Below, one piece after another: positions 16,867 to 26,625 of a stretch of DNA of 32,000 nucleotides; the first letter of the stretch is position 1, and every line of letters starts with the position of its first letter. Source of the stretch: Methanothermus fervidus DSM 2088 (lineage in GTDB: Archaea; Methanobacteriota; Methanobacteria; DSM-2088; Methanothermaceae); NCBI GenBank assembly GCA_000166095.1, contig CP002278.1, forward strand, positions 210,001-242,000, in the 5' to 3' direction. The position numbers and the translations under genes were made by a program. The notes under the pieces were generated by a model, which searched no databases, had not been told where the DNA came from, and saw only the letters and a program-made list of their open reading frames with translations.

Positions 16867-18318
16867 ATGAAAATTCATGTATTTAGATATGATCCCAAAG
16901 TTGATAATAAACCATATTATGAAACATATGAAATAAGTAAAAAGGAAAAAATGACAGTATTAGATGCATTAAACACAATAAATGCAAAATATGGGGCAAA
17001 TATTGCCTTTAGAAGTTCATGTAAAGCTGGACAATGTGGATCTTGCGCTGTAAAAGTTAACGGAAAACCTGTTTTAGCTTGTAAACATGAAGTAGAAAAC
17101 AATGCCATTATAGAACCTTTAGATTTACCTGTCATTAAAGATTTAATTGTTGATAGGAAAGAAATGGAAAATAAAGCACGTGAAATGCATTTATATTTAC
17201 ATTCAAAAAAGACTAAAGATCTGAGAATCATAAAACCAGAAAAGTATTGGGATTCTAGGAAAGTTAGAGGTTGTATCGAGTGTTTTTCATGTTTAACAGC
17301 TTGTCCTGTTATCAAAGAGACTTCAAAATATTTAGGACCCTATCATATGAACTATATAGCTAAATTTGCATTTGATCCAAGAGATGAATATAATAGAGTG
17401 TCCCAAGGAATAAAAAAAGGAATTTATTATTGTACTACTTGTGGAGCATGCGAAGAAGTGTGTCCTAAAGGACTAAATCTTCCAGGAGATGCAATAGAAA
17501 AATTGAGAGAACTTGCATATAAAGAAGAGATGGGTCCATTGCCTCCACACACATCTATTAGAAAACGCGTGGAAAAAACTGGAAGATCCGTAGATTTCAT
17601 TGGAAAATCATTTATAGACAATGTCTCAAAATTTGGGGAAAGCAATATAGCATTCTTTACGGGGTGTTTAGTTGATTATAGAATGCCAGAAGTTGGTGAA
17701 GCATTACTAAAAATATTTGAAAATATTGGATTAGATATAGATGTTCCTAAAGGACAAGTATGTTGTGGATCTCCATTAATACGTACAGGGCAGACTGATA
17801 TTGTAAAAGAACTTGTAGAGAAAAACAGAGAAATATTTGAGGGATATGATACTGTAATAACATTGTGTGCTGGGTGTGGATCAACACTAAAAAATGACTA
17901 TCCTAAGTTTGGTGTTAAATTAAATGTTAAAGACATAAGTGAATTTTTAGTTGATAAAAATCTAAACCTTAAACCTATTAAAATGAGAGTAACCTATCAT
18001 GACCCTTGTCATTTGGCTAGAGGACAAAACGTTCGTAAAGAGCCACGAAAAATTTTAAATAAAATTCCTGGATTAGATTTTGTTGAAATGGATGAACCTG
18101 ATAGGTGTTGTGGTGCAGGTGGAGGTGTGAGATCAGGCAAACCTGAATTAGCCCAAAAACTGGCTAAAAAGAAAATAGAGATGGCAGAAAAAATAAATGC
18201 AGATGCAATTATAACCATATGTCCATTTTGTCAATTAAATATGCAAGATGCAGCAAATAAAAAATCTACAAAAATTAAAGTTTTAAACATAGTAGAATTA
18301 TTAAGAAAAGGTTTGTAA
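16867..18318 (+). CDS. tfrB: Thiol:fumarate reductase subunit B (SdhB/FrdB-like Fe-S N-terminal half fused to an HdrD-like double CCG domain)
   Basis: The 2Fe-2S motif is CKAGQCGSCAVKVNGKPVLAC. Ferredoxin motifs are CIECFSCLTACP and CTTCGACEEVCP. Two CCG domains are present (CCGSPL...CAGCG and CCGAGGG...CPFC). This architecture is the one described for Methanothermobacter TfrB. Confidence 0.85.
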   Translation: MKIHVFRYDPKVDNKPYYETYEISKKEKMTVLDALNTINAKYGANIAFRSSCKAGQCGSCAVKVNGKPVLACKHEVENNAIIEPLDLPVIKDLIVDRKEMENKAREMHLYLHSKKTKDLRIIKPEKYWDSRKVRGCIECFSCLTACPVIKETSKYLGPYHMNYIAKFAFDPRDEYNRVSQGIKKGIYYCTTCGACEEVCPKGLNLPGDAIEKLRELAYKEEMGPLPPHTSIRKRVEKTGRSVDFIGKSFIDNVSKFGESNIAFFTGCLVDYRMPEVGEALLKIFENIGLDIDVPKGQVCCGSPLIRTGQTDIVKELVEKNREIFEGYDTVITLCAGCGSTLKNDYPKFGVKLNVKDISEFLVDKNLNLKPIKMRVTYHDPCHLARGQNVRKEPRKILNKIPGLDFVEMDEPDRCCGAGGGVRSGKPELAQKLAKKKIEMAEKINADAIITICPFCQLNMQDAANKKSTKIKVLNIVELLRKGL

Positions 18319-18320
18319 CG

Positions 18321-19016
18321 ATGTTAGAAAATATAACTGTCGTATTTGTTGAACCAAAGACCGCGGGAAACATAGGTTTTATGGCAAGAGCAATGAAAAA
18401 TTTTGGATTGAAAAAATTAATCCTTATAAATCCCTGCAAATTAAGTAAGGAAGCATATTATCATGCAGTGCATGCTAAAGATATTATAAAGAATTCTAAA
18501 GTCTACGAATCTTTAAATAAAATGCTTGAAAAAGAAAATATTAATTTATTGGTTGGTACAAGTGGCGTAGTTGCAGGGGATCGTAATATAGAGAGGATAT
18601 CAGTTACGCCAGAATATTTGGCTGAAAATATACAAAAAAATACGGCTATTTTATTTGGAAGAGAAGACCATGGACTATACAGCCATGAGTTAAGAATGTG
18701 TGATCTTATCCTTACAATTCCAACAAGTAAAGAATATCCTATTATGAATGTGTCCCATGCAGCCGCAGTAATTTTTTATGAATTATTCAAAAAAATGGAA
18801 GATACATGTGAAATTGAGAAAGAAATTGCATCCTACAAAGAAAAAGAATTGTTAAAAAAAGAAATAAATGAAGTTGTATCAAAATTAGACATGCCAATAC
18901 ATAAAAAAAGAAATGCAATAAAAGTTTTTAAAAACATAATTGGTAGATCATTTTTAACTAAAAAAGAATTTCATGTATTGATGGGTATATTTAGATCCAT
19001 AAAAAGAAATATATAG
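18321..19016 (+). CDS. SPOUT (TrmH/SpoU-class) RNA 2'-O-methyltransferase, TrmJ-like
   Basis: VVFVEPKTAGNIGFMARAMKNFGLKKLILINP...LFGREDHGL...IPT...MNVSHAAAVIFYE matches the three SpoU motifs and the TrmJ-type N-terminus. Confidence 0.8.
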   Translation: MLENITVVFVEPKTAGNIGFMARAMKNFGLKKLILINPCKLSKEAYYHAVHAKDIIKNSKVYESLNKMLEKENINLLVGTSGVVAGDRNIERISVTPEYLAENIQKNTAILFGREDHGLYSHELRMCDLILTIPTSKEYPIMNVSHAAAVIFYELFKKMEDTCEIEKEIASYKEKELLKKEINEVVSKLDMPIHKKRNAIKVFKNIIGRSFLTKKEFHVLMGIFRSIKRNI

Positions 19017-19027
19017 TGGGAAAGACA

Positions 19028-20137
19028 ATGTTATTTGGAGATAACACTACTGGCTTAATCTTACTTTTAATTTTCTTAATTATTTTTCCAATGGTAATGA
19101 ATCAGATGCTTCTACGCAACGTATCTAGATATGTAGAAGAAATGGAAAAGAAAGTTGAGGAAGCCGAAAAATTAATAATAAAGATGTGTAAAAGGAAACA
19201 TTCAAAAGAATTAAAGAAATTTTTAGAATTCTTTGTTGCAAAGCCATCTAGATTAGACCCACATGGAATTGTGAAAAGATTTGAAAAAATATTAAACATG
19301 AGTGAGAAAAGATTTAAAGAGGTTGCAGATAAGGTCTTAGAGGATTTAGACGAAGAAAAAAAATCTAATTTTATAATGGCTTTAAAATCTACCTTAAGTT
19401 TGAAATCAACGGCAAAAATCATAAGACATAACCTTGAATTAGCTAAAAAAACAAAGAATTTTCAAATATTAATAGCATTGCAAATGAACCTCAACCTAAT
19501 AAGACGTTTTTTTGAAGCTCAATTTGAAGGTGTTAAAGCATTTTCAAAAGGATTACCAGTTGGTGACAGTGCCGGGGTAGTTGTTGCTGGAGCCCTGATG
19601 GATGGTAACGATGATTTGAAAGAAATGGGAGATATGGTATATACTAAAAAAAGTATAGATGGTAGAAATGTGATTATAGTAAGAAGTAAAGGACCTGGGG
19701 CAAGAATTGGTAGAGTTGGAAGAGTAGTAACAAGATTAATTGACAAAAATAATATTGATCATTTAATTATGATAGATGCTGCTGTAAAATTAGAAGGAGA
19801 AAAAACTGGAAGTGTTGCTGAAGGTGTGGGGGTCGTAGTTGGCGGAACAGGCGTTGAAAAATGGTTAATAGAAAATAAAATCACTGAAAAGGACATAGAT
19901 GTGAGTTCAGTTATAATTAAAATGAGTCTTGAAGAAGCTGTAAGTCAGATGAATAAAAAAATATTAGAAGGATGTAAAAAAGCAATAAAAATTGTTAATA
20001 AAATGATTGAAAGATATGAAAAAGATAGTAATATTCTTGTTGTTGGAGTAGGCAATAGTTCAGGAATACCTAATGTTGTTGAAGATCTTTCTAAAATAAA
20101 AATTAAGGAAGAGGTAAAAAATGGCAATACTAAGTGA
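19028..20137 (+). CDS. DUF1512-like archaeal protein with an N-terminal TM helix
   Basis: The roughly 370-aa length, the N-terminal hydrophobic helix GLILLLIFLIIFPMVM and a helical middle region fit DUF1512 as I recall it. The start is either ATG 19028 or GTG 19016. Confidence 0.55.
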   Translation: MLFGDNTTGLILLLIFLIIFPMVMNQMLLRNVSRYVEEMEKKVEEAEKLIIKMCKRKHSKELKKFLEFFVAKPSRLDPHGIVKRFEKILNMSEKRFKEVADKVLEDLDEEKKSNFIMALKSTLSLKSTAKIIRHNLELAKKTKNFQILIALQMNLNLIRRFFEAQFEGVKAFSKGLPVGDSAGVVVAGALMDGNDDLKEMGDMVYTKKSIDGRNVIIVRSKGPGARIGRVGRVVTRLIDKNNIDHLIMIDAAVKLEGEKTGSVAEGVGVVVGGTGVEKWLIENKITEKDIDVSSVIIKMSLEEAVSQMNKKILEGCKKAIKIVNKMIERYEKDSNILVVGVGNSSGIPNVVEDLSKIKIKEEVKNGNTK

Positions 20138-20717
20138 TAGAGACATTGAAAAATATTTGAAAAAGGGTATTATATCTATAGAACCATTAGAAGACCCAAA
20201 AAATCAAATACAGCCAGCATCTGTAGATTTGAGGGTTGGTCATAAATTTAAAAGTTTTAAAATTATTAGAAAACCATATATAGATCCAAAAAAAGGACGT
20301 GATTTAGAATCATATATGGATACATTTCATTTGGAAGATGGCGAAGCTTTTATCATTCATCCAGGTGAATTTGCATTAGCAAGTACTTATGAAACTATTA
20401 AACTTCCAAAACATCTAGTAGGAAGAGTTGAAGGTCGTTCTTCTATTGGAAGGTTGGGCGTGACAGTTCATGTAACAGCAGGTTATATAGATCCTGGATT
20501 TCATGGAAAGATAACATTGGAAATATCAAATATAGGTAAGATGCCAATAGCAATATATCCAAAGCAAAGAATTTGTCAAATAGTTTTTGAAACAATGACC
20601 TCTCCTGCTAAAAGGCCATATGGACATCCTGAGAGAGATAGTAAGTACATGGGACAGAATGGCCCTGAAAGTAGTAAAATATCAAAAGATTATGAGATAA
20701 AACATGGTAAAATTTAA
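20121..20717 (+). CDS. dcd: dCTP deaminase (possibly the bifunctional dCTP deaminase/dUTPase type known from Methanocaldococcus)
   Basis: MAILSDRDIEKYLKKGIISIEPL...QPASVDLRVG...GRSSIGRLG...PGFHGKITLEISN is the canonical Dcd sequence. SD GAGGT lies 5 nt upstream. The gene overlaps the preceding gene by 17 nt. Confidence 0.95.
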   Translation: MAILSDRDIEKYLKKGIISIEPLEDPKNQIQPASVDLRVGHKFKSFKIIRKPYIDPKKGRDLESYMDTFHLEDGEAFIIHPGEFALASTYETIKLPKHLVGRVEGRSSIGRLGVTVHVTAGYIDPGFHGKITLEISNIGKMPIAIYPKQRICQIVFETMTSPAKRPYGHPERDSKYMGQNGPESSKISKDYEIKHGKI

Positions 20718-20730
20718 ACTAGGTGATAAC

Positions 20731-22479
20731 ATGGATAAAGTAATGGAAATCGCAAAAAGAAGAGGATTTTTATGGCCTTCATTTGAAATATATGAAGGAC
20801 TTTCAGGATTTTATGATTATGGTCCTTTGGGAGTTCTATTAAAAAGAAAAATAATTGAAAAATGGAGAGAATACTATACAATTAAAGAAGGATTTTATGA
20901 AGTAGAGACACCAAATGTCATGCCAAAAGAAGTTTTAAAGGCATCAGGCCATGTTGATCATTTTAATGATCCAATGACAAAATGTAAAGATTGTTCAGAA
21001 ATTTATAGAGCAGATCACCTTATAAAAGATGAGACAGGTGAAGATGTAGAAGGTCTCAGCAATGAAAAACTTACAGAAATAATTTCTAAGAAAAAAATAA
21101 GATGTCCTAAATGTGGGGGACACCTATCACATGTATGGAGCTATAATTTAATGTTTCAAACATTGATAGGACCAACTGGTAAAAAAGTTGGATATTTGAG
21201 GCCTGAAACTGCACAAGGAATTTTTGTTCTTTTTAAGAGATTAATGAGATTTTATAGAAATAAATTGCCTTTTGGTGTTGTACAGATTGGTAAATCATTT
21301 AGAAATGAGATATCACCTAGACAAGGTGTTATAAGGCTTCGTGAATTCACTCAAGCTGAAGCAGAAATATTTGTAGAACCAGATAACAAAACACATCCCA
21401 AATTTCATAAAGTAGCAGATGAAAAATTAAAACTTTTTTCTGCAGAAAAACAACTTAACGGTGAAAAACCTGAAAAAATTTCATTAAAAGAAGCTGTAGA
21501 TGAAAATATTATATCTAGCGAATTGTTAGCTTATCACCTTTATCTAACAAAAGAGTTTCTAACTGATTTAGGAATACCTGAAGAAATGATAAGATTTAGA
21601 CAACATCTACCTAGTGAAATGGCACATTATGCCGCTGATTGTTGGGATGCTGAAGTATATATGGGAGAATTTGGATGGATAGAAGTTGTAGGAATAGCTG
21701 ATAGAACAAATTATGATCTTAAGTCTCACATGGAAAGTAGTGGTGAAGATCTAAGAATATTTGTTGAGTATGAAAAACCCAAATTGGTTAAAAAAGTTGA
21801 GATACATCCTAGAATGGATAAAATAGGTCCTAGATTTAAAGAAAAAGCCAAGAAAATTTTAAAAAAGCTAAAAAATATGGAACCAGAAAAAATTAAAAAA
21901 GAATTGTCTAAAAATGAAGGAAAAATTAAGATTAAGATCGACAATGAAGAATTTGAAATATATGAAGATGAAATAGAAATAAAAGAAAAAAGGAAATATA
22001 TAAAAGGTAAAAAAGTTCTTCCACATGTCATTGAACCATCTTTTGGTATAGATAGAATTTTTTATGCAACAATGATACACAACTTTGTAGAAGATGATGA
22101 AAGAACTTACTTTGATTTTCCAACAGATATAGCTCCAATACCAGTTGCAGTCTTTCCATTACTCAATAAAAAAGAATTGATAAATTTAGCAATTAAAATA
22201 AAGAAAGATTTACAAAAAGAAGGTTTAATCGTTAATTATGATGAGTCAGGAACTATAGGTAGGCGTTATGCTCGTGCAGATGAAATAGGAATTCCATTTG
22301 CAATTACAGTTGACCACCAATCTATAGAAGATGGTACAGTTACAATAAGGAATAGATCTGATAAAAAACAAGTTAGGATTGCCATTAATAAAATACCAGA
22401 TACTATTAAAAAATTGATCAAAGGTGATATAAAGTTCCATGAATTATTTTACCATGAAGAACTTTTAGTTCGTGATTAG
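20731..22479 (+). CDS. glyS: Glycine--tRNA ligase (archaeal/eukaryal alpha2 type)
   Basis: RRGFLWPSFEIYEGLSGFYDYGPLG, YLRPETAQGIF, FRNEISPRQGVIRLREFTQAE and GIDRIFY identify the enzyme. I prefer the ATG at 20731 (GGTGA 4 nt upstream) over the ATG at 20704 in the track. Confidence 0.95.
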   Translation: MDKVMEIAKRRGFLWPSFEIYEGLSGFYDYGPLGVLLKRKIIEKWREYYTIKEGFYEVETPNVMPKEVLKASGHVDHFNDPMTKCKDCSEIYRADHLIKDETGEDVEGLSNEKLTEIISKKKIRCPKCGGHLSHVWSYNLMFQTLIGPTGKKVGYLRPETAQGIFVLFKRLMRFYRNKLPFGVVQIGKSFRNEISPRQGVIRLREFTQAEAEIFVEPDNKTHPKFHKVADEKLKLFSAEKQLNGEKPEKISLKEAVDENIISSELLAYHLYLTKEFLTDLGIPEEMIRFRQHLPSEMAHYAADCWDAEVYMGEFGWIEVVGIADRTNYDLKSHMESSGEDLRIFVEYEKPKLVKKVEIHPRMDKIGPRFKEKAKKILKKLKNMEPEKIKKELSKNEGKIKIKIDNEEFEIYEDEIEIKEKRKYIKGKKVLPHVIEPSFGIDRIFYATMIHNFVEDDERTYFDFPTDIAPIPVAVFPLLNKKELINLAIKIKKDLQKEGLIVNYDESGTIGRRYARADEIGIPFAITVDHQSIEDGTVTIRNRSDKKQVRIAINKIPDTIKKLIKGDIKFHELFYHEELLVRD

Positions 22480-23046
22480 ATGAAACATTGTCACTTAAAA
22501 AAGAAGATAAAATATGATGGTAGTCAATTAAAACCATTTTGGGCACTGGAAGAATTAAATATAAAAGGACCTAGTATAGTCACGTGGATAGGTCCAATGA
22601 ATATAAAAAAGGAAAAAATAGTAGATTATGAAGATAAAGGGAGAGAAATAAAAGGAGGAGAAATGGCACATTTTATTATTGAACATTTTGACAGCCAACC
22701 TGGTAACATAAAATTATGTTACCATAGACAAAGGATGTTAATAATGATATTAAAAGAAGAACTATTGAAGATGGGTATCAAGACAAGAAGAGAAGGCGAT
22801 GATCTCTATATTAATGATTCTAAACTTACAGTGTCTATAGCCACTGCTTCAATAAGTAGTATGAAAATACATTTGGGCATAAATTTAAGTAGTGAAGGTA
22901 CACCAGAAAACATAAAAACAATAGGTCTCAAAGAATGTAACTTAGATAATAAAGACATCAAAAAATTGATTAAAAATGTTGCTGAGAAGTATATAGAAGA
23001 AATTAGAAAAATTGAAGAGGATATTACAAAAACAAAAACAATGTAA
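22480..23046 (+). CDS. DUF366-like conserved archaeal protein, function unknown
   Basis: 188 aa. The start abuts the glyS stop. The segment REGDDLYINDSKLTVSIATAS recalls the substrate-binding strand of the biotin/lipoate ligase fold. The family assignment is from memory only. Confidence 0.5.
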   Translation: MKHCHLKKKIKYDGSQLKPFWALEELNIKGPSIVTWIGPMNIKKEKIVDYEDKGREIKGGEMAHFIIEHFDSQPGNIKLCYHRQRMLIMILKEELLKMGIKTRREGDDLYINDSKLTVSIATASISSMKIHLGINLSSEGTPENIKTIGLKECNLDNKDIKKLIKNVAEKYIEEIRKIEEDITKTKTM

Positions 23047-23058
23047 TGTGGGAATTAA

Positions 23059-23547
23059 ATGGAAGTTGTATTAAATGGTATTCATGCAAATTTAAGGTTT
23101 TCAGCAGCGCATATAATACCTGGTCATGAATTTTGTGGACGCTTACATGGTCATTCGTATATTGTAGATGTTAAAGTCAAAGGTAAAGAATCTGGTAAGT
23201 TTGGTTTTGTAATTGATTTCAAAGACATTAAAAAAATCGTCCGTTCAATATGTTCAAAACTTGATCATAAGGTATTGATACCAAAGAATAATGACATGAT
23301 GGAACTTGAAATCAAGAATGACTCTGTAATTTTTCAGATTGCTAATAAAAAATATGAACTTCCGAAAGAAGATTGTGTTTTGCTTGATATAAAATCAACA
23401 ACTGCAGAATCGTTAGCAAAATATTTTGCAAATCTTATTTTGAAAAAAATTGAAGAGAAAAACGGATACAAAATTTCAGAAATTGAAGTGTGTGTAAATG
23501 AAGGTATTGGACAAGGAGCAATATTTAAAAAGAAAGTGAAAAAATGA
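23059..23547 (+). CDS. queD: 6-carboxy-5,6,7,8-tetrahydropterin synthase (PTPS/QueD family)
   Basis: [21 protein letters not shown] shows the Cys plus His-x-His zinc and catalytic signature of QueD/PTPS proteins. Confidence 0.85.
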   Translation: MEVVLNGIHANLRFSAAHIIPGHEFCGRLHGHSYIVDVKVKGKESGKFGFVIDFKDIKKIVRSICSKLDHKVLIPKNNDMMELEIKNDSVIFQIANKKYELPKEDCVLLDIKSTTAESLAKYFANLILKKIEEKNGYKISEIEVCVNEGIGQGAIFKKKVKK

Positions 23548-24242
23548 AAGCACCAGTGTATGAAATATTCTCAAGTATTCAGGGAGAGGGATTATTAGTT
23601 GGAAAAAGACAAATATTTGTAAGATTTGCTGGATGTAATCTAGATTGTATATATTGTGATACACCGAAAAGTAGAGATCCTAAGAATGGGAAATTATTTT
23701 CAGTTGATGAGCTTTATAAATCAGTAAAAAGTTTGGTAACACCTGATTTACATTCTATTTGTTTGACAGGTGGAGAGCCTTTACTTTATGCTGATTTTAT
23801 AAAAAAATTTTTAAAAAAATGTGAATTTAATGCTTTGTTGGAGACAAATGGATCTCTACCAGACAATGCAAAAGTAATATCGAAATTTATAGATTATGCA
23901 GCAGTAGATATAAAATTACCTAGATATATTACTGTTATGGGTGAAGAAATCATAGAAAAAGAAATTGAAACGATAAACATATTAATGGCAAAAAAGGTAT
24001 ACACTTATTGTAAGATTGTAGTCTTACCATCTACAAAAGTCAAAAGTTTAAAAAAAGTCGTTAAAAAAATTAGAGATGGGATTGTAAATCCGTTAGGGCT
24101 TCAAATAGTGTTACAGCCAAGTAGCCCTTTAAAAAATTGGATTGGTAAGCAAAAACGCCTACTTAAAATGTCTGAGATAATAGGTAAAGATTTTAATGTG
24201 AGAATCATACCTCAAATTCACAAGATCCTAAAATTTCGGTGA
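23544..24242 (+). CDS. queE: 7-carboxy-7-deazaguanine synthase (radical SAM)
   Basis: [34 protein letters not shown] contains the CX3CX2C cluster motif and the QueE-type N-terminus. It has an ATGA start/stop overlap with queD. Confidence 0.85.
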   Translation: MKAPVYEIFSSIQGEGLLVGKRQIFVRFAGCNLDCIYCDTPKSRDPKNGKLFSVDELYKSVKSLVTPDLHSICLTGGEPLLYADFIKKFLKKCEFNALLETNGSLPDNAKVISKFIDYAAVDIKLPRYITVMGEEIIEKEIETINILMAKKVYTYCKIVVLPSTKVKSLKKVVKKIRDGIVNPLGLQIVLQPSSPLKNWIGKQKRLLKMSEIIGKDFNVRIIPQIHKILKFR

Positions 24243-24254
24243 GGAGGTCTTAGT

Positions 24255-24821
24255 TTGGATATAGAGACGAAAATAACTGTACGCGATGCCATGACACCAA
24301 ATGTTATAACAGCACCACCAAATATTAGTGTAGCAGAAGCTGCAGCAATAATGTCTAAAAAGCGTGTTGGGAGTATAATTATCAAGGACAACTCAGGTCC
24401 TATAGGATTAGTAACTGAAAGTGATATAATTAGGAAAGTTGTTGCAAAGGATTTAAAAGCTAGTGAAGTTAAAGTCAGTGAAATCATGACAAAAAATTTG
24501 ATAACTATTGAACCAGAGAGCGAAATACGTGAAGCTGCTCACTTAATGGCAAAAAATAATATAAGAAGGCTTCCTGTAGTTAAGAATGGTGTCTTAGTTG
24601 GTATAATAACATCAACAGATATAATGGTAGTGGCACCAGAATTAACTGAAATTTTAGTTGAGAATGCAAGAATGAAAGAAAATGAATTTTTACAAAGAGA
24701 AGAACGAGAAGAATCAATACCAGGTGTATGTGAAATTTGTGGAACTTATGCTGAATATTTAGAAGAGGTTGATGGAAAATTTGTATGTGAGGATTGTAAA
24801 AGAGAATTAAAGGGTGAATAA
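24255..24821 (+). CDS. CBS-pair protein with a C-terminal zinc ribbon (TA0289-like architecture)
   Basis: Two CBS motifs (..GIVTESDII.., ..GIITSTDIM..) are followed by [24 protein letters not shown]. The TTG start lies 5 nt after GGAGGT. Confidence 0.85.
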   Translation: MDIETKITVRDAMTPNVITAPPNISVAEAAAIMSKKRVGSIIIKDNSGPIGLVTESDIIRKVVAKDLKASEVKVSEIMTKNLITIEPESEIREAAHLMAKNNIRRLPVVKNGVLVGIITSTDIMVVAPELTEILVENARMKENEFLQREEREESIPGVCEICGTYAEYLEEVDGKFVCEDCKRELKGE

Positions 24822-24822
24822 A

Positions 24823-25635
24823 GTGAAAATCAAAGAAATAATGACAACAAATCCTATCGTTGTTTCTCCAGACATGGCAGCTACAAAAGTAAGATCTTTA
24901 TTTAGGGAAGAGAGGGTAAGATGTTTTCCAGTTGTAAATAATGGTAAATTAGAGGGAGTTATTACAAGAGGAGATGTACTCCGAATCACTTCAACTAGAT
25001 CTAACATAACCGTTAAAGGATTAATGGAAAAACCTACAGTTTTGTTAACGCCAGATGCAGATGTAATGGACGCTGTAAAGCGTCTTGTTTCTGCAAAAAA
25101 AACACATGCTCTCATAATTAAAGATAGTACAAGCATGGAATTAATTGGAATTGTCAGTGTTTTTGATATTTTCCAAAGTTTTTTAGATGCTAAAATAAGA
25201 CCTAAAAAAGAAAAAATAAAAGATATTTTTACAGAAAATCCTGTAGTTTGTGATTATGAAGATCCTATCTACAAAGTGTGGGACAAAATGAATGAATCAG
25301 GTTATTCTGGTTTACCTGTATTAAAAAATGGAAAATTGATTGGAATCATCACCAGAAAAGATATAATTGATTCTGGATATGTTAGGATAAATAGAGAATC
25401 AAAGAAACATGTTAGAAAAAACATAGAAGTGTATAGAGTCATGAAGACTCCTCCAGTTGCTGTAACCAAAGAAGACGATGTCTATGATGCAATGAAATTA
25501 ATGATAGAAAAAGATATTGGAAGACTACCAGTTGTCGAAAATCCAGAATATATTAATAACGAATCATATGTTGTAAGAAGAGCTGATCTTATTGGAATAG
25601 TCACTAGGAAGGATATTTTGAAGGCATATGTTTAA
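24823..25635 (+). CDS. CBS-domain protein (two CBS pairs)
   Basis: Four CBS-like segments end in GVITRGDVL, GIVSVFDIF, GIITRKDII and GIVTRKDIL. I prefer the GTG at 24823 (GGGTGA 5 nt upstream) over the GTG at 24814. Confidence 0.85.
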   Translation: MKIKEIMTTNPIVVSPDMAATKVRSLFREERVRCFPVVNNGKLEGVITRGDVLRITSTRSNITVKGLMEKPTVLLTPDADVMDAVKRLVSAKKTHALIIKDSTSMELIGIVSVFDIFQSFLDAKIRPKKEKIKDIFTENPVVCDYEDPIYKVWDKMNESGYSGLPVLKNGKLIGIITRKDIIDSGYVRINRESKKHVRKNIEVYRVMKTPPVAVTKEDDVYDAMKLMIEKDIGRLPVVENPEYINNESYVVRRADLIGIVTRKDILKAYV

Positions 25636-25670
25636 ATAAATTGTAATTTTTAGTGGTTTGAGGTGTTATA

Positions 25671-26609
25671 ATGAGAAAAAAAATTCTGGAAAATATTGGT
25701 AAGTCTCTGGATAGAGGACCTGTAGAATTTGATACTAGACTTTCAGATAAAGAAGGAGACATAATGAGTATTGCAAATAAGGATGTTATAACAGTACCGC
25801 CTGGAATTAGCGTAAAAGAAGCATCTGAAATAATGGTGAAAAATAAAGTTAGAAGATTACCAGTAGTTTCTCCAAAAAATGAGCTTCTTGGAATTATTAC
25901 GGCCACAGATATTGTAGATTTTTTAGGAGGAGGAGAAAAATTTAAAATAATTGAAAATAAATATAATGATAATTTTTTAGCCGCTGTAAATGATTCAATA
26001 AAAGATATCATGACAGAAGATGCTCATTATATAACTAACAAAGATTCCATAAAGGATGCTGTTGAAAAAATGCTCAAACATGATGTTGGAGCTCTTCCTG
26101 TTGTAGATAATGAAAATAGAGTTGTAGGAATTGTATCTGAAAGAGATTTTGTATTTTTAATGGCAGGACTCATTAATGAAGAACCAGTTGCAGATTACAT
26201 GACTGAAAATCCAATAACTACAACTCCTGGTACTCCAATTGAAAGTGTTTCTAAAATTATGGTAAGAAATGGTGTTAGAAGGGTACCTATAGTTGGAGAA
26301 AAAAGAAAAACACCCAAACCTGAAAGTGAAAAACTTATAGGCATTGTTACATCTACAGATATTTTAAAATTTTTAGGAAATAGTAAAGCCTTTGATAGCT
26401 TAACTTCAGCAAGTGCATTTGAGGTGTTATCAAGACCTGTAAGTGAAATAATGCAGAAAGATGTTATTAAAGTAAGTATAACTGATAATTTAGGTAAAGT
26501 GTATGAGTTGATGGATAAAAACAATGTTGGAGGACTTCCAGTGGTTGAAGATGATCAATTGCTTGGAATAATTACAGAAAGAGATTTGTTAAGAACAATA
26601 ATAGCATAA
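25671..26609 (+). CDS. CBS-domain protein (two CBS pairs, about 30-aa N-terminal extension)
   Basis: Four CBS-like segments are present (GIITATDIV, GIVSERDFV, GIVTSTDIL, GIITERDLL). SD GAGGTG lies 5 nt before the ATG. Confidence 0.85.
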   Translation: MRKKILENIGKSLDRGPVEFDTRLSDKEGDIMSIANKDVITVPPGISVKEASEIMVKNKVRRLPVVSPKNELLGIITATDIVDFLGGGEKFKIIENKYNDNFLAAVNDSIKDIMTEDAHYITNKDSIKDAVEKMLKHDVGALPVVDNENRVVGIVSERDFVFLMAGLINEEPVADYMTENPITTTPGTPIESVSKIMVRNGVRRVPIVGEKRKTPKPESEKLIGIVTSTDILKFLGNSKAFDSLTSASAFEVLSRPVSEIMQKDVIKVSITDNLGKVYELMDKNNVGGLPVVEDDQLLGIITERDLLRTIIA

Positions 26610-26625
26610 TTTTCAGGGTGATCAG

